Position numbers and translations under genes: made by a program. A model generated the notes under the pieces. That model saw only the letters and a list, made by a program, of their open reading frames with translations, ran no database searches and was not told the origin of the DNA. A stretch of DNA of 64,000 nt from an uncultured Methylomirabilota bacterium (lineage in GTDB: Bacteria; Methylomirabilota; Methylomirabilia; Methylomirabilales; 2-02-FULL-66-22), in the NCBI GenBank assembly GCA_963705305.1, contig OY970067.1:2240001-2304000 (forward strand), in the 5' to 3' direction. Shown one piece after another: positions 19,960-29,551 of the stretch; position 1 is the stretch's first letter; each line of letters starts with the position of its first letter.

Positions 19960-21531
19960 TCAGACCAGGACCTCACTGCCGAGGCCGGCCGCCAGGACGC
20001 CCGGGTCTTCCGCGGCCACGGCCAGCAGGCCATCGGCGACGGTCCGGTCGTTGGTGACCCGGGGCACCTTGTGCTGGTCTCCCAGCTTTCCGCTCTTCCG
20101 CAGCCATCGGTAAAACGTCCCGGAAGGCAGGGGAGTGGCCAGGGGGGGGATCATGCCGACGTCGCCCGTCCGCTTGGTGTGATAGTCGTTGTTCAGATTC
20201 ATGAGCGTCTCGTCCAGGGTCCGGAGGAACACGCCCGGGTCCGGCGGGGAAGTGCGGAACTCCACCAGCCACTCGTGCCCGCCGCGGGACTCGCCCAGCG
20301 AGGGGTAGCGCGGCGCGACCGTGAACTCCACCGCATCCGCGCCCGTCACCTGACAGGCCCGCACCATGGCCTGCTCGACCTCCTCGACAATGACGTTCTC
20401 TCCAAAGGCGTTCACGAAGTGGCGGATCCGGCCGGCAATCTGCAGACGCAGCGGGTCGCGGGCGATGAAGCGCACCGTGTCCCCCAAAAGATAGGACCAG
20501 AGGCCCGCAGGGCTGCTGAGGACGATGGCGTAGACACGGCCCAGTTCGATGTCGGCCACCGTGTGGCGGCGGGGGGACTCGCTGCCCAGATCCTCGAGCG
20601 GCACGAACTCGTAAAAGATGCCGTAGTCCAGCATGAGCGTGAGGCCGCCGCCCGTCTCGGTTTGGACGGCCACGAAACCCTCCGATGCCGGGTACACCTC
20701 GATCCGGTGCAGCGGGCGCCCCATCCGCTCCTCGAAGGTCCGGAGGTAGGGCTCGAACGCCACGCCGCCATGAATGAACACTTGCAGGTCGGGCCAGCGC
20801 TGGGACAGGCTCTGAATGGGGCGGCCGGCGTCCCGGCAGGCCTGGGCGATGCGCTCGAAGAGGATGGTGACCCAGGACGGCATGCCGGAAAGGAGTCGCA
20901 CGTCCTGCCACGCCGCCAGGGCGGCCACGGCCGCGATGCGCGCCTCCCAGTCCGGGATGGCGGCGGTGGCCGGCCCCGGAGAATATCGCCCCCGAATCCC
21001 CGGAGGGAGGCGGCGGACGACCAGTCCGGACAGGTCGCCGACCAGACACCCGTTGCCGATCGGGGTGAGGGTCGAGGCGCCGCCCAGGAAGAGCAGCGAT
21101 CCCCCCAGGAGGGGGGCGGCCCCGACCCGCTCCACAGCCAGGAGGAGCGCATCCCAGCCCCCTTTCCGGTGGGACGCCAACGCTTCCGGGGGCACCGGGA
21201 TGAGCTTGTCTCCGGCCGTGGTGCCCGACGTCTTCACCCAGTAGCGGGGTCGCCCCGGCCATGTGACATCGTGCGCCCCCTCGAGGGCGCGCGCCAGGAG
21301 CGGCTGAAGATCCAGATACCCGCGCACCGGAACCCGCGCCTGGTAGTCGGCCACCGACCGGATGCCGGCGAACCCGTGGACGCGGCCGAATTCGGTGAGG
21401 CGGGCGGCTGCCACCATCTGAAGGAGGGTTCGCTCCTGCATCTCGGCCGCACGCCGCCAGATCTGTTCCCAGGCCCGGCGGCGCTGCCCCGCATACCAGT
21501 CGAGGAGCGCGGCGAGCGGGCGGCCGATCAT
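19960..21531 (-). CDS. GH3 family (acyl-adenylate forming, acyl-amido synthetase-like) protein
   Basis: KTSGTTAGDKLIP P-loop, YPASEGF, GIFYEFVP, GLWSYLLGDTVRF, GDQHKVPR; start overlaps the upstream gene's stop (ATGA). Confidence 0.9.
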   Translation of the reverse strand: MIGRPLAALLDWYAGQRRRAWEQIWRRAAEMQERTLLQMVAAARLTEFGRVHGFAGIRSVADYQARVPVRGYLDLQPLLARALEGAHDVTWPGRPRYWVKTSGTTAGDKLIPVPPEALASHRKGGWDALLLAVERVGAAPLLGGSLLFLGGASTLTPIGNGCLVGDLSGLVVRRLPPGIRGRYSPGPATAAIPDWEARIAAVAALAAWQDVRLLSGMPSWVTILFERIAQACRDAGRPIQSLSQRWPDLQVFIHGGVAFEPYLRTFEERMGRPLHRIEVYPASEGFVAVQTETGGGLTLMLDYGIFYEFVPLEDLGSESPRRHTVADIELGRVYAIVLSSPAGLWSYLLGDTVRFIARDPLRLQIAGRIRHFVNAFGENVIVEEVEQAMVRACQVTGADAVEFTVAPRYPSLGESRGGHEWLVEFRTSPPDPGVFLRTLDETLMNLNNDYHTKRTGDVGMIPPLATPLPSGTFYRWLRKSGKLGDQHKVPRVTNDRTVADGLLAVAAEDPGVLAAGLGSEVLV

Positions 21532-22322
21532 GCCGCCACTCCCGCAAGCGCGACGGGGCGTTGGCGGCGCTCCTGGGTGCGGGCCAGCCATCCCGCCAGG
21601 ATGGTGTTGAAAGTCTCCGGCCGCTCCAGCATGGGGGCATGGCCGCAACGAGGCATGAGGAAGAGATCGGAGTCGGGAATCAGCGCGTGGAAGCGGCGGG
21701 CCACGTCGGGGGGCGTGATCCGGTCTTCCTCGCCCCAGATGATGCAGGTCGGGACGTCGATGCTGGGCAGACGTTCCTCGATGTTCCGGCGCTTGGCCGC
21801 GCGCGCCGCCTGGAGCAGTCGCAGGGCGGCATCGCGCGTGGTCACGGCTTGCTGGACGGCCTCCACCCATTGGGGGGTGACCAGGGTCGGGTCGTAGAAG
21901 ATCTCCTCCATCTTCTCACGGACCCAGGCACAGCTCGGCCGGTGGGGGACTCCCCGCGTGAAGCTGCGCTCGAAGAGTCCCGAGGAGCCGGTGAGGACCA
22001 ACCCGGAGACTCGCGCGGGGTGAGCCAGGGCCAGCTCCAGCGCCACGTGGCCGCCCAGGGAGTTCCCCCCGACGACGGCCCGATCCAGTCCCCGCAGATC
22101 CATGAACCGTTTGACGCGCTCGCTCAGGCCCGGCAGCGAGATCTCGGCGAGGTCGAGATCGAAGATCCGGAGGGCCAGCGCAATGGGACGGCAGAATCTG
22201 CCCAGGGTCCGGAGGACCGGCTCCCAGTGATCCACCTCGCCCATGAGGCCGTGGAGCAACAGAATCGGCTCACCCTGCCCCCGCTCGCGCCAGTGAAACT
22301 CCGCACCACCGATGTGACTCAC
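21528..22322 (-). CDS. Alpha/beta-fold hydrolase
   Basis: LLHGLMG, GNSLGG nucleophile elbow, WGEEDRITP, CGHAPMLE; AAGGAGG RBS before GTG. Confidence 0.92.
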   Translation of the reverse strand: MSHIGGAEFHWRERGQGEPILLLHGLMGEVDHWEPVLRTLGRFCRPIALALRIFDLDLAEISLPGLSERVKRFMDLRGLDRAVVGGNSLGGHVALELALAHPARVSGLVLTGSSGLFERSFTRGVPHRPSCAWVREKMEEIFYDPTLVTPQWVEAVQQAVTTRDAALRLLQAARAAKRRNIEERLPSIDVPTCIIWGEEDRITPPDVARRFHALIPDSDLFLMPRCGHAPMLERPETFNTILAGWLARTQERRQRPVALAGVAA

Positions 22323-22426
22323 CGTTGCCTCCTTTGTATGCCGGATCGTTGTGGTCTCTCCCGGTGTCAGCGCATGGGAGGAGAGATTGGGACGGGGGAG
22401 AGATACCGGCAACAGATTGCGGCGGA

Positions 22427-22453
22427 ATGACTGCCGGATGACGGGAGAGTGAA
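22427..22453 (-). promoter_or_regulatory. Pho-box-like array for the hydrolase-GH3 operon
   Basis: Minus strand TTCAC-N6-GTCAT-N6-GTCAT (11-bp period). Confidence 0.72.
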
Positions 22454-22469
22454 TTTGCGAGGGAGAAAA

Positions 22470-22497
22470 TGTCACGGCGGGGTCATCACCGGGTCAT
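22470..22497 (+). promoter_or_regulatory. Pho-box-like array for the PHP-GT4 gene
   Basis: TGTCAC-N5-GGTCAT-N5-GGTCAT (11-bp period). Confidence 0.75.
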
Positions 22498-22646
22498 CCT
22501 GGGTTGGTCTCATGGCATGCGTCGCGAGGTCCTCCCTCCGCGATGCGTGACCCTCCTCCCCCCCGGCGCGCCCAAGGGCGCGCCGGGGCCCTCCCTTCGG
22601 CGAGGGATGGGAAGCAACGGATATTCAGCAGGCGAGGAGCTGCGAG

Positions 22647-25157
22647 ATGGCGATTAAAGCCGATCTCCACTGTCATTCGAGATGCTCCGACCAGCCCGAG
22701 GAATGGCTCCTGCGGCGGCTGGGAGCCCGCGAGAGCTACACGGAGCCGCGACAAGTCTACGACCTGGCCCGAAGGCGCGGGATGGACCTAGTGACCATCA
22801 CCGATCACAACGAGATCCGCGGAGCCCTGGAGATCGCAGGGCTGCCGGAGGCATTCGTGAGCGTCGAGGCCACCGCCAGCTTCCCGGAGGACCGGTGCCG
22901 AATCCACGTCCTGGTGTTCGATGTGACCGAAGACCAGTTCGGGGAGATCCAGCGCCTGCGGGACAATCTCTACGACCTCCAGGCCTACCTCCAGCGCGAA
23001 CGGCTGGCCCACAGCGTGGCGCATCCGCTGCTGCGGGTCGGCGGCCGCTTCTCGCTCTGGCACCTGGAGCGCCTGTTGCTGCTGTTCCCCTGCTTCGAGG
23101 TGGTCAATGCCAGCCGCCACCGGAGCAGCCGCGACCTGATGCACTGGCTGCTCTCGCGGCTGAGCGCGGGGCTGATCAGCGATCTTGCCAACACCCATGA
23201 TCTGGAGCCCGTCGGGGAGAGCCCCTGGGTCAAGGGAAGAACGGGCGGCTCCGACGATCACAGCGGACTGTTCGTCGCCAAGGCATACACCGTGGCGGAC
23301 GGGGCGGAAGACCGGGCCGGGTTCCTGGACCATCTCCGGCGCGGCCTGACCAGGGCGGAGGGCACCCCAGGAACCGCGCAGAGCTTTGCCCACACTCTGT
23401 ACGCCATCGCCCATCAATTCTACCGCAGCCAGTTCCGGGCGGGCCCCGGGCCGGGCGGCGATCTCCTCGGCCAGCTGCTTCGCGAGTTCTTCGAGTCGGA
23501 GACCCCCGGGTGTCGCATCCTCCATCGTATCCGGGGATGGGGGCGGGCCATGTCCCCATGGAAGGAGCAGCATCGCCGCGAGGAGCGGGCCTTCAAGGAA
23601 GTGACGATTGACGCTCTGCGCGAGGTAATGGCGCGCGATTGGCAGTCGGCGTCGCTGCCGGTGGAGGGTCCGGCGCACCACCGCCTCAACCGGGAGACGT
23701 TCTTCCTGGCCAGCCAGCTCACCAACCGACTGCTCTTCGAGTTCACCCGCACGGCGGTGAAGAAATTCCTCAAAGGAAGCTTCTTCGGCAGCCTGCAAGC
23801 CCTGAGCGCCCTGGGGCCGGTCATCCTGGGGACCGGGCCGTACCTGTTCAGTTATCACAGCCAGAACAAGGACCGTCGCTTCCTGGCCGAGGTGCGCCGG
23901 CGATTTGGCGGTCCGGGCCCGTCGGCGGGACCGCGGCCCAAGCGGGCCTGGTTCACGGATACGCTCAACGAGGTGAACGGCGTGGCCACGACGGTCGCTG
24001 CCATGGCGGAGGCCGCCGGAAGGGTGGGAGCCGATCTGACGATCGTGTCGTCCACGGAGGATCCCCCGCCCCTGGGCGGAAGGCTCAAGAACTTCCCGCC
24101 CATCGGGACCATCACGTTCCCCGAATATGTGTTCCAGCCGCTGGCATTCCCTCCGGTGCTGAACGTGGTGGATTACTGCGAGCGGCAGGGGTTCACGGAG
24201 GTGATCATCAGCACCACGTTCAGCCTGGGCCTGACCGGTCTGGCGACCGCCCGCCTCCTGGGGCTCCCGGCCGTCGGCATCTACCATACCGACCTGCCGG
24301 AGTATGCGCTCCGGTACACCCAGGACGAGCAGGTGGCGGATCTGACGCGGCGGTACGCCCGATGGTTTTACGGCCAGATGGATCGGGTCTACGTGCGCTC
24401 CTCGGCATACCGCGAAGAGCTGGCGGACTGGGGGATCCCGCGGGAGCGGCTGCGGCTGCTTCCGGCAGCGGTGGACCTGGAGGCATTTCATCCCCAATGG
24501 CGGGATCCCGCCCTCTGGCATCAGCAGGGCCTGAACGGAGAGACCAAGCTCCTGTACGTGGGGCGGCTGGCGCGGGAGAAGGATCTGGATATCCTGGCGC
24601 GGGCCTACCGCCAGCTCCGCGAGCTGAGGTCGGATATCACCCTGGTCGTCGTGGGGGATGGTCCCTATCGGGACGGGTTGCAACGGGTCTGCGCGGGGCT
24701 GCCCGTCCTCTTCACCGGCTTCCTCTCCGGCGAATCGCTCTCCCGGGCCTACGCCTCCGCCGATATCTTCGTCTTTCCCAGCAGCACCGACACGCTCGGC
24801 AACGTGGTGCTGGAGGCGCAGGCCTCGGGACTTCCCGTCGTCGCCTGCAACGCCGGCGGCCCCCAGGATATCCTCCGCGAGGGGATCACGGGACTGCTCA
24901 TCCCGCGGCGGGACCCCGAGCGGCTCGCCGCGGCGATTCGGGAGCTCGCGTCGGATGCCTCCCGCCGCCGCCGGATGGGCCTGGAGGCCCGTCAGCATGT
25001 GGAGCATCGGACCTGGGACGCCGCGCTCCGGGAATTCTGGTCGGATCTGGCTGACCTGGCGGCGGACGGAGAGTCGGCCCCCGACTCCGCGATCTGTGTC
25101 TCCGCAGCGTGCCGCCCCGGGGACCCTGCTCCCCGCACCATCCGTCCGGCGGCGTGA
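22647..25157 (+). CDS. PHP phosphoesterase domain fused to a GT4 glycosyltransferase
   Basis: N-terminal DLHCHS, TDHN, AHP, GGSDDH; C-terminal [45 protein letters not shown]. Confidence 0.9.
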   Translation: MAIKADLHCHSRCSDQPEEWLLRRLGARESYTEPRQVYDLARRRGMDLVTITDHNEIRGALEIAGLPEAFVSVEATASFPEDRCRIHVLVFDVTEDQFGEIQRLRDNLYDLQAYLQRERLAHSVAHPLLRVGGRFSLWHLERLLLLFPCFEVVNASRHRSSRDLMHWLLSRLSAGLISDLANTHDLEPVGESPWVKGRTGGSDDHSGLFVAKAYTVADGAEDRAGFLDHLRRGLTRAEGTPGTAQSFAHTLYAIAHQFYRSQFRAGPGPGGDLLGQLLREFFESETPGCRILHRIRGWGRAMSPWKEQHRREERAFKEVTIDALREVMARDWQSASLPVEGPAHHRLNRETFFLASQLTNRLLFEFTRTAVKKFLKGSFFGSLQALSALGPVILGTGPYLFSYHSQNKDRRFLAEVRRRFGGPGPSAGPRPKRAWFTDTLNEVNGVATTVAAMAEAAGRVGADLTIVSSTEDPPPLGGRLKNFPPIGTITFPEYVFQPLAFPPVLNVVDYCERQGFTEVIISTTFSLGLTGLATARLLGLPAVGIYHTDLPEYALRYTQDEQVADLTRRYARWFYGQMDRVYVRSSAYREELADWGIPRERLRLLPAAVDLEAFHPQWRDPALWHQQGLNGETKLLYVGRLAREKDLDILARAYRQLRELRSDITLVVVGDGPYRDGLQRVCAGLPVLFTGFLSGESLSRAYASADIFVFPSSTDTLGNVVLEAQASGLPVVACNAGGPQDILREGITGLLIPRRDPERLAAAIRELASDASRRRRMGLEARQHVEHRTWDAALREFWSDLADLAADGESAPDSAICVSAACRPGDPAPRTIRPAA

Positions 25158-25377
25158 GGCGGGCCGGCCCGAGCGGTGGCATTTCCCGGCCAACCTGATC
25201 GGAATCAACGTCCTTACCCGGAAGCCCAGCCCCGTTTCGAGCATACCTCGCCGCCGGGGCGCCATGGCGGCCACGGCAGGAATGGGAAGAAGGCCCGGGG
25301 GGTGGAACGTCGACACACTCCGCGGGGGAGTTCCGGGGCTCGGATGGGGAATTCAGGCGGAATGTCGGAGGGGCCTT

Positions 25378-25590
25378 GTGAGAACCCTGGCTCTCGTGTC
25401 GTATGACCATTTCTTCGTGGATCCCCTGACCGCCCAGCCGCACGATCCTGACGTGCAGGCCTTGATGCGGGTGTGCAACGTCCACAATGTTGCCCTGGCC
25501 ACGAACCTGGCAGCCGCCGACTTCGTCATTGCCGCGCTGGCACAGCGCGAGCGGGACGAGATCGCCCGCCTGGCGCGCAGCGCGGCGTGA
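25378..25590 (+). pseudogene. mgsA: Methylglyoxal synthase with a large internal deletion
   Basis: [18 protein letters not shown] joined to [32 protein letters not shown]; the ATGTTG and SGPxGGD segments are missing. Confidence 0.82.
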
Positions 25591-25671
25591 TCCCCTTCGG
25601 GAGTGAGCCGGCCTCGGCAGCCGCAGGCGTAACGGCAGAGAGGCTCTGCCGCACGGGATGACGGAGGAGCG

Positions 25672-25950
25672 ATGTTGGGATACGCGGGGTCTCCCTCGTT
25701 TCCGATGGATCGCCAGGCGGTCCTGTGGAAGGTCCGCGACCTGTTCGGACGCACCCACGCCTTTCGTGACGCCTGGATCTCGGATCCGTCGCGCGGCCTC
25801 GAAGGAGAGGTGAGTGTCGAGGTCGGCTTTGGTGCGGGGCCGGCCCAGTTCAAGGTCACGGCCCCGTCGCTGGAAGAGGTCTACGCGATTCTGTACGAGC
25901 TGGCGACAGCCTTGCTGAAGAGCGAGAAAGCACACGCATCCGCGAACTGA
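25672..25950 (+). CDS. Hypothetical protein
   Basis: GGAGGAG RBS, 92 aa, genome-typical codon usage. Confidence 0.6.
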   Translation: MLGYAGSPSFPMDRQAVLWKVRDLFGRTHAFRDAWISDPSRGLEGEVSVEVGFGAGPAQFKVTAPSLEEVYAILYELATALLKSEKAHASAN

Positions 25951-26045
25951 AGAACCGGTCCCCGCTTCGGGAGAAATGCGCCTCCGAGGAAGCGCTGCGC
26001 ATCCGCCCCGTCTCCCAAGCATCCGGTCTCCGCACGGGCCCAGGC

Positions 26046-27158
26046 TCACCGCCAGAACATGCAGGCGGCCACCGCGTCCACCAGGCGCCGCATGTCCGCC
26101 GGCGTCACGTCCCCGATGTTCCCGATCCGGAACGTATCGGCGGTCGAGACCTTCCCGGGGTAGATCACGAACCCGCGTGCTTTCAGCTCCCGATAGAATC
26201 GCGGGAACTCGAACGCGGGATGCGAGGGCGTGAGGAACGCGGTGATGATGGGGGACTGCAGGGTTTCGGGGAGGAGGGCGGCAAAACCCAGATGCTGCAT
26301 GCCTCGAACCAGGACGCGGTGGTTCTCCGCGTACCGGCGGTAGCGCGCCTCGACCCCGCCTTCCGCCTCCAGCTCGCGCAGAGCCTGGGCGAAGGCGCGG
26401 ACCACGTGGGTGGGGGACGTGTATCGCCACTTGCCGCCGTGCTCCTCCATCTCCCGCCACTGATCGTACAGATCGAGGCTCAGGGAGCGGGCCCGGCCTT
26501 TCAGCAATTCCATGGCTGCGCGGCGGGCGATGACGAAAGAGAAGCCCGGCACCCCCTGGATGCACTTGTTGGCGCTGCTGATAAGGAAGTCCGCCCCGAC
26601 GGCCTCGGCGTCCAGCGGAATCCCCCCGAAGCTGCTCATGGCATCCACGATGCAGGTCTTGCCGAACCGCTTCACGACGCCGCCGATCTCGGCGATGGGG
26701 CTCAGCATCCCCGTGGTGGTCTCGCAGTGCACGACCGCCACGTGGGTGATATCCGGCCGCAATTCGAGCGTCCGTCCCAGGACCTGAAGGTCCGGCGGGT
26801 TGACCTCGCCGCTGTCGTTCACGAGGAAGGGGATGCGCAGCCGCCGCGCGATCTGCGCCATGCGGGCGCCATAGGCCCCGTTCACCAGGACCAGCAGCGT
26901 CCCGTCCTCAGGAAGAGCGGAGCCGATGGTTGCCTCGACCCCGAAGGTGCCGCTGCCCTGCATGAGGACCGCCGTGTACCCCTCGGCCCTCGTGGCCGCT
27001 GTCACCAGGCCGTTCCGAATCGTCTGGACGATCTCATGGTAGTCCTCGTCCCACGTGCACCAGTCGCGGAGCATGGCGGCCTTGACCGTCTTGGTGGTAG
27101 ACAGAGGACCGGGCGTGAGCAACAGATACGGGTTGTCCGGCAGCGAGCGAACGTCCAC
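26046..27158 (-). CDS. phnW: 2-aminoethylphosphonate--pyruvate transaminase
   Basis: [45 protein letters not shown]. Confidence 0.95.
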   Translation of the reverse strand: MDVRSLPDNPYLLLTPGPLSTTKTVKAAMLRDWCTWDEDYHEIVQTIRNGLVTAATRAEGYTAVLMQGSGTFGVEATIGSALPEDGTLLVLVNGAYGARMAQIARRLRIPFLVNDSGEVNPPDLQVLGRTLELRPDITHVAVVHCETTTGMLSPIAEIGGVVKRFGKTCIVDAMSSFGGIPLDAEAVGADFLISSANKCIQGVPGFSFVIARRAAMELLKGRARSLSLDLYDQWREMEEHGGKWRYTSPTHVVRAFAQALRELEAEGGVEARYRRYAENHRVLVRGMQHLGFAALLPETLQSPIITAFLTPSHPAFEFPRFYRELKARGFVIYPGKVSTADTFRIGNIGDVTPADMRRLVDAVAACMFWR

Positions 27159-27246
27159 GGTTGCCTCCTCAGGCGCGGTCGGGCGGTGCGCATCGATTCA
27201 GGCGGCGAATTTCCTGGCAAGACAGGCGCGAGCGGCCTCCAGTCCC

Positions 27247-28059
27247 TCAGGGCCGCTCGCCGCGCGCCAATCGCGCGTTGATCTCTTCGACGAGTGTGGG
27301 GCAGTCGGCGACGCCGTCCGCCACGTAATGGGCCCCGGCCTCCCGGAGCCTCCGCCTGATGGCCTCCAGGCGCGCCGCCAGGTCCCGAGAGTCCAGCGCG
27401 GCAACCTCGGCCTCGGTGAGCCCCAGCTCGTTGCCGGTCCTGGCCACCCCGATGGTCCACATGCCGGCGTTCAGCCCCTCCTGGATGTCGCTCACCGTGT
27501 CGCCGATCTTCACCATGGCCTCCATGGGATAGACCTGCAGCCGGATGGCGTTGAGGTAGCACATCCAGGGGAAAGGGCGGCCGGCCGGGACATCCGAGGA
27601 GCACACGACAGCGTCCGGGGCATAGCCGCGCTGCCGGGCCTCGGGGACCAGCATCTCCATCATGGGACCGGTGTATCCGGTGCTGGAGCCGATCCGCACC
27701 CTGCTCCGCCGGAGGGTCTCGACGGCCTCGAGAAGTCCCGGGATGGGGGCCGCGTGGCGCGCGACGCATTCGGTCATGAGCGGCTCCACGTCGGCCTCGC
27801 CCGGCTTGCGGCCGTGCGCGGCCCGCCACTTGGCCGTGACGGATGGTGTTTGACACATGCTTCGGACATGGTCCTTCTTCATGAGTCCCATGGGGCCTCG
27901 GGCTTCCTGCACGGTCACCTCGACTCCGCGGCGCCGGAAGACCTCCAAGAACACCGCCACCGGGCCGATGCAGCCGTAGTCCACGGCTGTGCCGGCCCAA
28001 TCCAGGACAGCGCCCCGGATCGGGCCGCTGTAGGGAGCAGTGCGAACAGACACATCCAT
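27247..28059 (-). CDS. phnX: Phosphonoacetaldehyde hydrolase (phosphonatase)
   Basis: DWAGTAVDYG, PMGLMK (Schiff-base Lys), GRPFPWM, KIGDT, EGLNAGMW. Confidence 0.93.
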   Translation of the reverse strand: MDVSVRTAPYSGPIRGAVLDWAGTAVDYGCIGPVAVFLEVFRRRGVEVTVQEARGPMGLMKKDHVRSMCQTPSVTAKWRAAHGRKPGEADVEPLMTECVARHAAPIPGLLEAVETLRRSRVRIGSSTGYTGPMMEMLVPEARQRGYAPDAVVCSSDVPAGRPFPWMCYLNAIRLQVYPMEAMVKIGDTVSDIQEGLNAGMWTIGVARTGNELGLTEAEVAALDSRDLAARLEAIRRRLREAGAHYVADGVADCPTLVEEINARLARGERP

Positions 28060-28136
28060 CGAGGCTCCTTTCGAGCGCTTGCGAGACAAGCGGAGCGACT
28101 CTACCCACGCCGGTATTACGAGAGGGTATTGCGCAC

Positions 28137-28153
28137 GTGACAATTGGGTGACA
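28137..28153 (-). promoter_or_regulatory. Pho-box-like site upstream of phnXW
   Basis: Minus strand TGTCAC-N5-TGTCAC. Confidence 0.68.
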
Positions 28154-28223
28154 TCGCGAGGGGGAGGCGTGCCGGTCGGCTTTGCGGGCGTCTGCCGAAC
28201 CGGCTGACCGATGACCCGAGGAA

Positions 28224-28250
28224 TTCATCGAACTGTTCGCACCCGGTAAC
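28224..28250 (+). promoter_or_regulatory. Weaker Pho-box-like array upstream of the C-P lyase operon
   Basis: TTCAT-N6-GTTCG-N6-GTAAC, preceded by GAA as in other arrays here. Confidence 0.5.
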
Positions 28251-28275
28251 ACAGGGGCACCAGAGTTCTGCCGGA

Positions 28276-28479
28276 ATGAGCGTACGCATGCCGATTCTCC
28301 GATTCATCAGGAAGGCGATTTCGGCGGATGCCGATGGCGTAGCGGGTCTGCTGACCCAGTTGGGGTATTCCCATACAGGGGAATTTGTCCGGTGTCACAG
28401 CCGGCGTGCACTGGCCCATGAATTCTACCAGCGGCGAGGATTCGAGGAGTCTCCGAAGTATTTGATGAAGCGTCTGTGA
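28276..28479 (+). pseudogene. Internally deleted GNAT acetyltransferase (PhnO-like)
   Basis: N-terminal IRKAISADADGVAGLLTQLGY fused to C-terminal RRALAHEFYQRRGFEESPKYLMKRL; the acetyl-CoA motif A is absent. Confidence 0.72.
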
Positions 28480-28492
28480 AGCGTGAAGGCAT

Positions 28493-28951
28493 ATGGATTT
28501 CCAGGGAAGCAGTGAGCTGCCCCGCTCCCGGGCGGCCTGGATGGAAGTGCTGTCCCAGAGCCGGCCGGATACGGTGGCGCGATTGGCGCGCCGAGTTGAA
28601 AGCCTGGCCTCGTTCGAGGTGACACGCCCTCCGGCCCAGAGCCTGCTCCTCCTCACCGTGGAGGAGTCGGTCGAGGGCAACCCGTTTCATCCCGGGGAGA
28701 TCCTGGTGTCGACCTGCGAGGTGCACCTCGCCGATCGCCTGGGCTTTGGCGTCTGTCTGGGCGGAGACCTGGAGCGGGCCCGCGGCTGCGCCATCCTCGA
28801 TGCCGCGCTCCAGGCCGGCCTGCCGATGGCACCGGAGATCCTCCAGAGCCTCGCCGACGAGCGCGAGTGGCTGCTTCGCGGCCGCCATGCCGAGCAGGAA
28901 ATGGTGCAGTCCACGCGCGTGCGTTTCGACACCATGGAGCCGCAGCGATGA
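28493..28951 (+). CDS. phnG: C-P lyase subunit PhnG
   Basis: PFHPGEILVSTCEV, AILDAA, STRVRFDTM; first in the phn operon. Confidence 0.88.
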   Translation: MDFQGSSELPRSRAAWMEVLSQSRPDTVARLARRVESLASFEVTRPPAQSLLLLTVEESVEGNPFHPGEILVSTCEVHLADRLGFGVCLGGDLERARGCAILDAALQAGLPMAPEILQSLADEREWLLRGRHAEQEMVQSTRVRFDTMEPQR

Positions 28952-29550
28952 GCGAGGCGGCCTTGCGCGAACCCGGCTTTGGAAACGCCTCCGATACCCA
29001 GGCCATGTTCCGCCGGCTGCTGGAGGCAACGGCGCGTCCCGGCACCGTGGTGCCGCTCGGCCACGCCCGGCTCGCCATCCCCCCGCAGCGGCTGCGGCCC
29101 GCCTGCGCACTCCTGCTGAGCATCCTGGACCCCGAGGTCATGCTCGCCGTGGAGGGACCCGAGGCAGCGGGCTTGGCCGAGTATCTGCGCACCAACACAG
29201 GTGTCCGGCCGGCCGCCTTGGAAGACGCTGATTTTGTGGTCGTCACGGGGGAAGGGTCCGGCGGTCGGGTTCGTGGGGCCAAATGCGGGCGTCTGGAGGC
29301 GCCGCACGAGGGGGCGACGCTCGTCTACGCCCCCACAGCGCTAGGGGAGAGGGGATCCGTCCTGCTGCGGCTCACCGGTCCCGGTATTCCGATGGAGCGG
29401 CGCCTCGCGGTGACCGGCATTGCCGCGGACGAGTGGCGAGTTCTGGACTCGCTCCGGGATTTTCCGATGGGGGTGGACATCTGGCTCGCCGCGCCGGACG
29501 GCCGGCTGGCGGTGATCCCGCGCTCGACCCGCTGGACGCTGGAGGTGTGA
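28948..29550 (+). CDS. phnH: C-P lyase subunit PhnH
   Basis: TQAMFRRLLEATARPG, PHEGATL, LTGPGI, FPMGVD, IPRST. Confidence 0.9.
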   Translation: MSEAALREPGFGNASDTQAMFRRLLEATARPGTVVPLGHARLAIPPQRLRPACALLLSILDPEVMLAVEGPEAAGLAEYLRTNTGVRPAALEDADFVVVTGEGSGGRVRGAKCGRLEAPHEGATLVYAPTALGERGSVLLRLTGPGIPMERRLAVTGIAADEWRVLDSLRDFPMGVDIWLAAPDGRLAVIPRSTRWTLEV

Positions 29551-29551
29551 C

